DNA of 64,000 nucleotides, taken from Octopus vulgaris. Lineage: Eukaryota. A program made the position numbers and the translations under genes. Every line of letters begins with the position of its first letter. Position 1 is the first letter of the stretch. The stretch spans positions 67,394,001 to 67,458,000 of the forward strand of contig OX597832.1 in assembly GCA_951406725.2 (NCBI GenBank). Direction: 5' to 3'. Of this stretch, positions 26,011 to 35,217 are shown in pieces. The notes below the pieces were generated by a model. The model did no database searches. It saw nothing but the letters and a program-made list of their open reading frames with translations, and was not told where the DNA came from.

Positions 26011-29000
26011 ATGATTACCATATTTTTCAGAAAATAGAAACTAAACTTTGATAAGTTACTCGAGTGAATACCTTTCTGATTTCATACGTGTTAATATAAT
26101 CATCGTTTGTAACATATCTTTGAATTTGGAAATGTCTAAGTAGTATCTGTTATTACATTCTGTAGTAGTTTAATACCACAAAGGAATTAATTAAACCTAG
26201 AATGAAATCAATGGAAACCTTCAATTCAAAATTACTTGAAAAAATATTTTACTCCACAGAAATTTATTATGGAATTTTATTCCTTTAACCTAATTCAAAA
26301 TGTGATTCTGAGAATGGAGCTAAAACTGATATTAAGAATTTTCTTTGCAACGCGATATCTGATTCACTAGTTATTTGCATCGTTTAGTTTGTATGCTTGT
26401 TCTTCTACCACCTTCACTTTGATAAGTCGTTAATTTTCATCATGATACTATGTGTTTGGCATTAAAAGAATGTCTCGTGTTCGATACAACTGTGTGTCAT
26501 TTTGGGCGTCTTCTCTTTCTGTAAATACATGTTTTGTGAATGTAATGGAATAGACAGAAACTCTAGAGAAATTTGTCAGGATATTGCTCTTTTACAGATT
26601 TTGTTGTGACTGTGATAAAGTTTTAATTTAAGTAGCTGTTTAGAAGGAGAGTGTGGGAGAAAGAGCAATGCAGCAATTATCTTCGTTTCCGAGCTATTCC
26701 AAGTGACATATTTACATTCATGTTTCAGACTTCGATAAAATAAAGCAGCGAAATACTGTCCTTACTATAGTTGATTGTACTCTCACCAAAATATTTAGCT
26801 CTGTGCTAATATGGAAAACTATTGGATTAATATTTACCTCAATATTCGTTGTTTCTTTTTCAGGGTATCAATAGGATTTTGTTGAACAATGACAGCTAAG
26901 AGGCATACTATATAGCTTTATAATTACTAAAGTTCCCCTCGTGTCAGTAAATATTCGAAATTCCTATCTACTCATGTAGAACGGTAAATAGAGATGTTCA
27001 TTTCGTTATGTTAATGTCCCGTGCTTTTATGATAAAGTTTTTTGTAGAATCTGCGGTTTTATGTAAAGCTTTATTAGTGAATAAATAGGAAATTTTGTTC
27101 TTTATTTCAAAAAAAGACAAAAAATAACAAACGGATGTAATGTTTAATACACAAAATCGGTAAACGCAACAAATAAATTTAGTGACCCTTTAGAAGTTTT
27201 ATGCTAGTTAGATGCATAATTTAAGGGTTTCAAATGAGCTTTAGAAGCTGCAATGCAATCGTAATAATTTTTATAACTTTATCATTCTTTTCTTTGCCAT
27301 TTGTAAAGGATGAAAGAGTCGCATGTATTCGACGCCGTGTATGGTTCTGTAAATGCTGCCGCTTTTATTTATTTCAATGTTTGCATTTCGTGTTCGAAGG
27401 ATTAAAATTTGCCTGTACGGAGCGAGGTGCTATAAGTGAATAATGCTTATACGTCTCCCTTGGATCTTGTTTTAATTGAATTTCCAATGTGAGTAAATGA
27501 AGGTCTCTCAAAGTAAGTTTCTGCTGAACAGTTGTGTGCGCACATTTGTTTATGTTGTTTACATGTTTTCAATTCACTTTGCCGATCGGTTTGCGGGTAC
27601 ATTTCCGGGCTTTTCCCTTTATGTGTATTTGTATGTGATTTCGAAGTGTGTACACTTTTATGTTACTTTTCTGTATGTTGTGTGAAGCACATGGCGTATC
27701 ATTAAATGCATCTCCGTGAATTTTTGTATGTATTAAGTTAAGTTTGCGGCGTTAGCATTTTCTCTCTATGCATGTGTGTGTGTATGTATTTATGTGTGTA
27801 TTTATGCTATCCCTTTATTTATATTTCAGTTTTATGTCAGTCGATATGTATGTATGCTATGTGTGATGCCTTGTAAGCGATGGATGCATATTATTGAATA
27901 TATGCGTATTATTTATTTGTTCGTGTAAATGTGTGCGAATGTAAGCATAAGTGTGTGTATTAGCCAGTTTGTGTATATTTACGTGTGTGTGAATTTGTGT
28001 GCTTTCGTAAATGTGTATTATCACCACCACCACGAAGAAAGATCACTAGGTGTGTGCGTGCGGTTATGTGTATATGCCTGTGAGTGCTCATTTGTTTGAA
28101 GTGGGCTTCTGGAAGTAATTTGCTAAGTTTCCAAGCAATGGTATCCTCTTAATAGCATTTCCGAGTTGAACGTTGTTCAGCTTCACTTGTTTATAACGAT
28201 CCTTCTCCTGAAACCATATCGATGTACACTATGATTAATAAGAGCATGTATTACGCATCTTCAATACATACGATATTTAAAAAAATATCTTACAAAGGAA
28301 TCCGGTTCTTTTCGTGTGTTTTTCACTTCTTATTTACTACATTCACAAGTAAAACATCTATACCACTTCCTCTATATCACGCGCAGTCGAAGACCAAGAC
28401 ATTGAAGCACCAGACGCTGCCACACTTCCTGAAAATGCCGAGCATATATGTGAACTCTTGTACAAACGATTTGATTTAGTTGTATAGCTCTTCATTTTTT
28501 CATAAGAAGAAAATGCTCAGTCGTTGCACCTTTGCAATTTCATTGCGATACTTTGTGCTCTGAGTTCAAATCCAGCAGAGACAACTCGTGACGCTTATCA
28601 TTTACAAGTCTGTGCAGAAAATGTTAATTCAGTTCGCTAGATTGGCAGAACTGTCAGATCGTCAGACAGAATGCCCTACGGTCACCATTTTTGTGTATGA
28701 GTTTGTGTCAATGCTCAACAGTGTAAAACTATGGTTGGAGTTACTCGTTCTTATAAAGTATTGAGAACAAACACCAGTTACGGGCTGCTGTCGATCTAGT
28801 TGACTGATACTTAAGTCTCAAAGGCTTTTGTACCAAGCAAGAAATGTAAACTGAAAATTCCGAAGGTATCTCGTGAGTGCTAACAAAAATTGGGAGTACA
28901 AAAGGCATAAATTGTTAAATATCTACATCGGATAACGTTCATGTTACGTACACTTACACAAAGGTTAAAACTTTGTCAAGGGAAATGGCAACGATATCTT

Positions 29001-29289
29001 TGCTCCTCGCTCAGAACTATATAGGTTTAAATATTATTAATCTAAATCCGTTTTTGGTGATATTGGCATATTGTAACGAAGGCGATAAATAAAGTTTCCA
29101 GTTTAAATCCTAAAAATGATGTTCTAAACAAATCATACAAGACGGCCTCAGAAATCATGATAATGAAAAACGTTTATCGGTTAAGCTTGGAGAACGATAT
29201 ATAAAAAGATAAATGGCTGACAACAGGGAATAGGCTATAGCAGATGACACATGCCTGACACGCAGTGGGACTAGAGTCGGAATCGTGTG

Positions 29290-29322
<33 letters not shown>

Positions 29323-29324
<2 letters not shown>

Positions 29325-29345
29325 TAGCAGTATTGCCCGGCTCGT
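29323..29345 (-). mobile_element. Possible Helitron-type 3' terminus
   Basis: Reverse complement gccgggcaatactgCTAGt next to (TA)n resembles the GC-rich subterminal arm plus CTAG end. Only a short stub is visible. Confidence 0.35.
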
Positions 29346-30046
29346 GCGCTCGTGCGTTCTATGCATGCGCGAATTAAGCTAAACTTGGAGGAATTTCAAT
29401 CAAAATTCAATTATTTTGGTTTTAAAATCAAGCATTTAATGCCATCTATTTTTGCGCTGATGTATTCCATTTCCTCAATAGGAAGTACGTAGAAGCATTT
29501 CATAAATTTTTGTTGATCAAATAATTGCATTGTTGAATTATTCTTTTAGATCAGTATTTCTCAACGGGGATTTCTGTGGAGAGTTTCAGGGAGTCACTGG
29601 CGATGTATCGTATTGATCAAAAATGCGGCCTACTTAAATTTGGTTAAAGTGATTCAAACTGCAGACTCAACGCAAAATGGTCACATTTAATTCAAAGCGT
29701 TAAAAATGTTATGAAAACAATTGGTATGTGTTCACAAAGTCCAAACGATTAATATGAAAAAACCCTCCAAGCCACATCCCGAAAATTCATTTCTTTGCCG
29801 AATTTCAAATTCTTTATTACCCACTAGGGGCTACATAGACAAGAACATGACAATCACGAATGATGATACAATAAGATGCTTTGTGGGATCAATTTAAAAA
29901 TTTGACTGAACAATAAAATCGAATGAAATTACAATTACAATTACAAAGACACATTTACAAATTGACAGAATGCAGTGGGGCGGGTCCGCGGACCCCACGC
30001 TCCCCGCCACGACACTTAGACTTGTGTTTACTTTTTTTTTCCAGGT

Positions 30047-33000
30047 CTATCTCGCATTTGTGAGGGACCTTTTATTCGCCACATTCTTCCACCTTTCATC
30101 GAACACTTTCTTACTCAGGCTCCTCCTCTCCAGTTCTATTTGTCTTTTCAGGTGGAATTTAAAGTATTCCACCAGACTAGAACCGGAGATGAAGTCGCCT
30201 GTTAGCATCCCTTTCACCCGCGTCTTCCATACTGCCTGTTTCGCAATTGAAACCACAGAGAGAAAACAATTCTTACCTTCTTTCGTTAAGAAATCAGGTG
30301 GGCTGATTTTCACAATGGATTCGGCTGATAGCTGTACTCTTCCTCCACTTGACATCAGTTGTTCGGCATAAACCCACATGTCTGTCACCTCCGGGCACCG
30401 CACGATCGCGTGCGAGACGGTTTCCCTGTCTCGCCCACATCTCGCGCAGGTCGGGCAGACTGGGGCACCATGCCTTGCAAGTTTATCCCGAACAGGTAAG
30501 GCTCCTCGGTAACACTGCCAAGCCAAAGACTTCTGGGAATTATCCAGTGCCTTCGGCCCGAATGTACGTTGGAACAGACTGGCCAGCTGATTATCGTCGA
30601 AACCTAGGGTTTCCCCTAGCGTATCATCGTTACCGGCCTCTACAAAACCTCTATAAAACACAGCGGTAGAACCACTGCCGCAGGCATTGCCCGAGCGACG
30701 GAATAGTCGGAGTGCCTTGCGGCACTCCGTGTACCATGTACCCAACTTCGATCTACGATTATACCAGTCTTCCCGTCCACCGAAACTGGTGAACCTGGGA
30801 AACATCTGCTTCGCCAGCGGAGACCACACCCGTTCACCATCCAGATGGAGCCACAGGTGTCTTAGCCTCAGCGCATTTCTGCGCATCATTAGCCACGGCA
30901 TCCCTAGTCCACCCTGTAACGGTTTTTGACAACAAATAGAGCGTTTCACAAGTGGTTTCGAGCCCTTCCACAAAAAGTGAAAGAGCTGTCTCTCCAACTT
31001 GTTCAACCACGAATCCGGGCAAGGCACGACGGCAAGGCGGTAGGTGATCACCGATGCGATAAACACATTGGCTACCTCCGCCCTACCTTTCAGGGATAAC
31101 CACCGCCAAGACCAGGTCTTGACTACTGCGGTCACCCTGCTCGATACCTCGCTCCAGTTCTTCTCTATTTGGAGGCCTGGTCCAAACCAGACCCCGAGCA
31201 ACTTAATCGGGCCCTCCGTCCAACGTCCCACGACGCTGTCTGGAGGCATCGACTTGCCTCTCCAGGTGCCGAGTTGCAAGCCGACTGACTTTTCACGATT
31301 AACCTTTGCTCCTGTCACCGTCTCGTAAACCTCTATGGCCTTGCCTACTTTACGTAGGAGGTCCATTTCGGTCACGATGATAGTGATGTCATCCGCGTAC
31401 GCCGAAACCGACATTCCACGACCTGGCTGCCTCGGGATGCCACTCAGTTTTCGCAGCAGCGGCTCGAGAGCCACTACATACAAAAGCGGGGAGAGCGGAC
31501 ATCCCTGACGGAACAAGCGTTTGACCTTGAACGGCTTAGAAATAAAGCCGTTCACCCGAACTACCGAGTCGACGTTGTCATACAATTCTATGATCCACCT
31601 GAGGAAGCCAAGACCCAGGCCGAACTGAGCCAGGACGGACACCAGGTAACGATGGTCGACCCTATCGAAAGTTTTTGACTGGTCTAAATGGACCACTGCC
31701 TCTCCCTTGCCGGCATCGTTATCCATTCCCTCTATCGTGTATCTAATTAGATGGAGATTATCCTGAATGGTTCTGCCCGGTACGGCGCACGTTTGCGCTT
31801 TCCCGATCAGTCCATTCGCGACAGGCGCCAATCTGATCGATAACACTTTGGCCAAAATCTTCAACTCTGCGTTAAGCAGAGTGATGGGCCTGAAATTATC
31901 AATGACGTCCCCCTTGCTCTGGTCCTTCCTGACTAGTGTCACCACTCCCCGGTTCACAGATCTGGGTATGAACCCATTCTGCTGCCAGTTCGCGTAGACG
32001 TTCGCCAGTAAGTCCCCGAACAAGTCCGGCATACTTTTAAAGAGCTCGTAGGGCAGACCATCCAGCCCCGGCGCCTTACCCGCACCGCAGTCTGCCATGG
32101 CCTCTATTACCTCCTCAGGCGTGATCGGCTTCTCACTACACTCCGCGTCCTGCCCCGAGAGCCGCGGCAGTCCGTCAAGGAGGTCCGTAAGGTCCCTCCT
32201 CTCATCCGGCCCGCCGCCACCCCCAAAGAGCTGGGCGAAGTGGTCCTGAAAAGCTTGACACATCTCCTCGGGCTCGTCTGTCAACTTACCTTGTTGGTTC
32301 GTCAGAGATCGAATTGTGGCATCGTTGCCACGTTGGGCTTCCACCACTCGGGCCCATCTCGCGGCATTAATTCCTTCGCTCCCCATTGTACGTTGTCTAG
32401 CTCTGACAATGCAACCCATGTGTTTGGCTTCGAGGTGCTGGTTTAAAACCAGTCTCTTGGCCTTCACCTGAGCCGCGTTGCCAGTTCGCATTGCTTCCTC
32501 TAGGTCCTTAACTAGAGTAGTTTCTTTTCTAGCCTCTCTAGCTACGAGATCTATACTATATCTAATGGACTCATATCTTATGGCTCGCTTGAGGGCATAC
32601 CACCATTTGTTATTGATAATGGAGCCGGTCATGGCCCTCTGGATCATTAACCTAATCCTGTCACTGTACTCCTTAATCGCCAAAAGGGACGTATTAAGTT
32701 TCCAGTAACCAGGACCTCTATTTATCTTATCTACGTCTAGCTTACAGGTGACCATCTTGTGGTCACTGTAGCTGACTATGTGGAGCTGTGGACTCTTAAC
32801 TAGGTTTCTATCTACCTTCCTAATTAAAATCCTGTCTATGTATGACCTTGACGATCCGTCGCTGTTTGTCCATGTCCACAATGGAGCGTCCGGATGTTCC
32901 AGTCTATATGGATCTACCAGCTCAAAACGTCTTAGTAGATCCAGGAAGCAAGCATTTCCTTTCCTGTCTGTTTGCGAGCCTACACAGTCTACCCGCACAT

Positions 33001-33439
33001 TGCAGATTGTGTTGTAGTCTCCTAACATTACTAAAGGGCACGATGTACTGAGAAACTTCTCCAGGTTCCGAAAATACTCACTATTCCCTTTATTATTGGG
33101 GGCGTAAACCGCAACCAGTCTGATTGTCTTACGACTGCTGAACGTCAAATCAACGACGACCAGCCTACCTTCTGGATTTGCAAAAATCAACTTTTTCCCA
33201 GAAACCCGGTTCTTTTTCACCAGGACAAACACCCCACTTCCGCCGACCGACGGGTTCGGAGAGATAATTCTCTCGTAACCGTCGAACAGCGGGAGCAGAT
33301 CTCTTGGCCCTTTTAACCGGGTTTCTGTGGCAACATCAACATCTAAATCCCGTGACCTGATGTCATTTAGGAAGCGCCCTTGCTTCCGGCTCGCCATCAG
33401 GCCACGCACATTTACGCATCCTACACAAATACGAGACAT
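30047..33439 (-). CDS. ORF2 polyprotein: APE endonuclease + reverse transcriptase + C-terminal zinc finger (1130 aa)
   Basis: APE motifs NVRGL, ATETRL, VYAPN, LGDYN, IDRIL, SDH. L1/Tx1 linker GPGYWKLNTSLL. RT motifs APGLDGL, RPITLLN, DQSKTFDRVDH, RQGCPLSP, YADD. Zinc finger CARC...ETVSHAIVRC. No stops. Confidence 0.96.
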   Translation of the reverse strand: MSRICVGCVNVRGLMASRKQGRFLNDIRSRDLDVDVATETRLKGPRDLLPLFDGYERIISPNPSVGGSGVFVLVKKNRVSGKKLIFANPEGRLVVVDLTFSSRKTIRLVAVYAPNNKGNSEYFRNLEKFLSTSCPLVMLGDYNTICNVRVDCVGSQTDRKGNACFLDLLRRFELVDPYRLEHPDAPLWTWTNSDGSSRSYIDRILIRKVDRNLVKSPQLHIVSYSDHKMVTCKLDVDKINRGPGYWKLNTSLLAIKEYSDRIRLMIQRAMTGSIINNKWWYALKRAIRYESIRYSIDLVAREARKETTLVKDLEEAMRTGNAAQVKAKRLVLNQHLEAKHMGCIVRARQRTMGSEGINAARWARVVEAQRGNDATIRSLTNQQGKLTDEPEEMCQAFQDHFAQLFGGGGGPDERRDLTDLLDGLPRLSGQDAECSEKPITPEEVIEAMADCGAGKAPGLDGLPYELFKSMPDLFGDLLANVYANWQQNGFIPRSVNRGVVTLVRKDQSKGDVIDNFRPITLLNAELKILAKVLSIRLAPVANGLIGKAQTCAVPGRTIQDNLHLIRYTIEGMDNDAGKGEAVVHLDQSKTFDRVDHRYLVSVLAQFGLGLGFLRWIIELYDNVDSVVRVNGFISKPFKVKRLFRQGCPLSPLLYVVALEPLLRKLSGIPRQPGRGMSVSAYADDITIIVTEMDLLRKVGKAIEVYETVTGAKVNREKSVGLQLGTWRGKSMPPDSVVGRWTEGPIKLLGVWFGPGLQIEKNWSEVSSRVTAVVKTWSWRWLSLKGRAEVANVFIASVITYRLAVVPCPDSWLNKLERQLFHFLWKGSKPLVKRSICCQKPLQGGLGMPWLMMRRNALRLRHLWLHLDGERVWSPLAKQMFPRFTSFGGREDWYNRRSKLGTWYTECRKALRLFRRSGNACGSGSTAVFYRGFVEAGNDDTLGETLGFDDNQLASLFQRTFGPKALDNSQKSLAWQCYRGALPVRDKLARHGAPVCPTCARCGRDRETVSHAIVRCPEVTDMWVYAEQLMSSGGRVQLSAESIVKISPPDFLTKEGKNCFLSVVSIAKQAVWKTRVKGMLTGDFISGSSLVEYFKFHLKRQIELERRSLSKKVFDERWKNVANKRSLTNAR

Positions 33440-33600
33440 TTACTTACCTTTATGTCGGTGTCCCTGTTGGTCGGGGGGGTGAAGTCCGCTTTAATAAGTG
33501 ACTCGTGTACATCGAGCCGCGGACCCCTTATGTCCCCTGAATACTGCGCATTTAAAATATTAAAGTTTAGCAAATCCATTTTGTATATTTCTACATTTTT

Positions 33601-34992
33601 TTAAAATTTTCTGTGCGTTTGTATTTTTTCAGCGGTTGGGATGTTTCCCATCCCGCTGCTTAAACTGTCGTTGTCTTTGTTGATGGCTGCATAAACTACT
33701 TGGAACTCCGTGATTTTCTTTTGGGGGCTTTGTGGGGGTGATGGGGAGAAGGGGGAGGAGGAGTTTGGGGAGGAGCACGGGGAGGTCATTTGGAGGGGAG
33801 GGTAATGTATGGTACTGTGGGGTGGGGGTGATTCGTGTTGGTCTGGGGGGGTCTTATCTTTTTTTTCCTTTTGTGGAGAACCGTGTTTGGGTGGGGTGGG
33901 TTTCCCCCCCTGGGTGTTACTCTTTTTTGTATTATGGTTGGGTATATTTACGTCCGTACTTTTTCTTTTTTTCATTTTTCTGGGTTTCACGAAATCGTCA
34001 TCCCCCTCTTGTTTCTTTCCTTCTTCTGTTTCCGTCGTTTTCTTCCTCCTCTCCTCTTCTTCAGCTTTTTTCCTTGCTTCTTCTTCTTCTTTCTTGCGGG
34101 TGGGGCATTCTGCTCGGATGTGGCCCTTTTCTCCACACCCGTAGCATCTGGGCTTACGCCCTTCGACCACCACCCGCAAGTTTATTTCGTCGTCGAAATT
34201 AATGAATTCAGGCACCTCCTCTAACGTTTCCGGCGCCGCTTGCACTATTATTTGTAGTGCTTGTCCCTTCCAATTCTCCTTCTGGGTTCTGACGATGTCT
34301 ATAATGTTGATTTTTTCTTTCAGTCCCATAAATAGGGCTGGAATGAGGCTTTCTACCTCAATTTCTGGTAGTATGTCGTCTATTTTGATTTTTATTGTTC
34401 TTCTTCCCATATACGAGGGGAGAAGAATTATATCTGTTGATTTTAGAGGGTTGATCGAGTGTTTCCTCGCCTGTTCCTCCTCTTTAAAGTAAACCATTAT
34501 GGTTGCATACTTCTTACCCCATGTAACGAAATCAATGTCTGTCCATATTGGTTTGAGACACTTTTCAGCCTGCTCCTTTGTTATTTTTTCTATTTTTCTT
34601 TCCTTAATTACAAAAGATTTAAAAATTACCGCTTTCTTCATGGTGCTGGTTTTTATTTCTTGTGGGAGGGTGGCTTTTATGTTGTTCCCCTCCCTTTTGT
34701 ACCTGTCCTTGTATTTGTCGTAATCAATGTCCTCTGGTAAAATATGTTCGGTTTTTCTGCCGGCTGCGGCTGCGAAGTTAACCGTTTTTTTCACGTTTTC
34801 AACTGCTGGTACACTTGTTTTCGAATTTTCTGCTTTCATCATATTTTTTTCCTGTGTAGGTGAACCTACAATATTTTTTTCCTCCTTTGTAGGTGAACCT
34901 ACAATATTTTTTTCCTTTGTAGGTGAACCTACAATATTTTCTTTTTTTGAAGGTGAACCTTCATTGGCAAAATGTTCAACTGTTTTTTCCAT
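33601..34992 (-). CDS. ORF1 Gag-like nucleic-acid-binding protein with CCHC zinc knuckle
   Basis: CYGCGEKGHIRAEC knuckle; lies directly upstream of ORF2; ATG at 34992. The frame stays open past the TAA to 33421. Confidence 0.88.
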   Translation of the reverse strand: MEKTVEHFANEGSPSKKENIVGSPTKEKNIVGSPTKEEKNIVGSPTQEKNMMKAENSKTSVPAVENVKKTVNFAAAAGRKTEHILPEDIDYDKYKDRYKREGNNIKATLPQEIKTSTMKKAVIFKSFVIKERKIEKITKEQAEKCLKPIWTDIDFVTWGKKYATIMVYFKEEEQARKHSINPLKSTDIILLPSYMGRRTIKIKIDDILPEIEVESLIPALFMGLKEKINIIDIVRTQKENWKGQALQIIVQAAPETLEEVPEFINFDDEINLRVVVEGRKPRCYGCGEKGHIRAECPTRKKEEEEARKKAEEEERRKKTTETEEGKKQEGDDDFVKPRKMKKRKSTDVNIPNHNTKKSNTQGGKPTPPKHGSPQKEKKDKTPPDQHESPPPHSTIHYPPLQMTSPCSSPNSSSPFSPSPPQSPQKKITEFQVVYAAINKDNDSLSSGMGNIPTAEKIQTHRKF

Positions 34993-35217
34993 TTTCACAC
35001 AAATGGATTTTTTTTTTGTTAGATTGTGTCAAAACACACAATATATTTCACACTATTTCCCCTCCTTAAAGGAGGGGAATAACAAAATTTTCCTGGTTCA
35101 AAAACCAGTTAAAGTTCAGTATAACAATTTAACAAACAATTTTTAAACAAACAATTTCAACACAATTTTAACAATATTTTAGCTCACGTGAAAAAACACC
35201 ACCGACTCCTTCAAAAA

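Larger units (their letters stand above)
29791..35217 (-). mobile_element. Full-length Tx1-type (L1 clade) non-LTR retrotransposon, ~5.4 kb
   Basis: 5' UTR, Gag-like ORF1 with CCHC knuckle, APE-RT-zinc finger ORF2, and a 3' UTR ending ...agtgggtaataaagaat. Bounded by the junction motif at 29791-29806 and 35218-35233. Confidence 0.92.
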
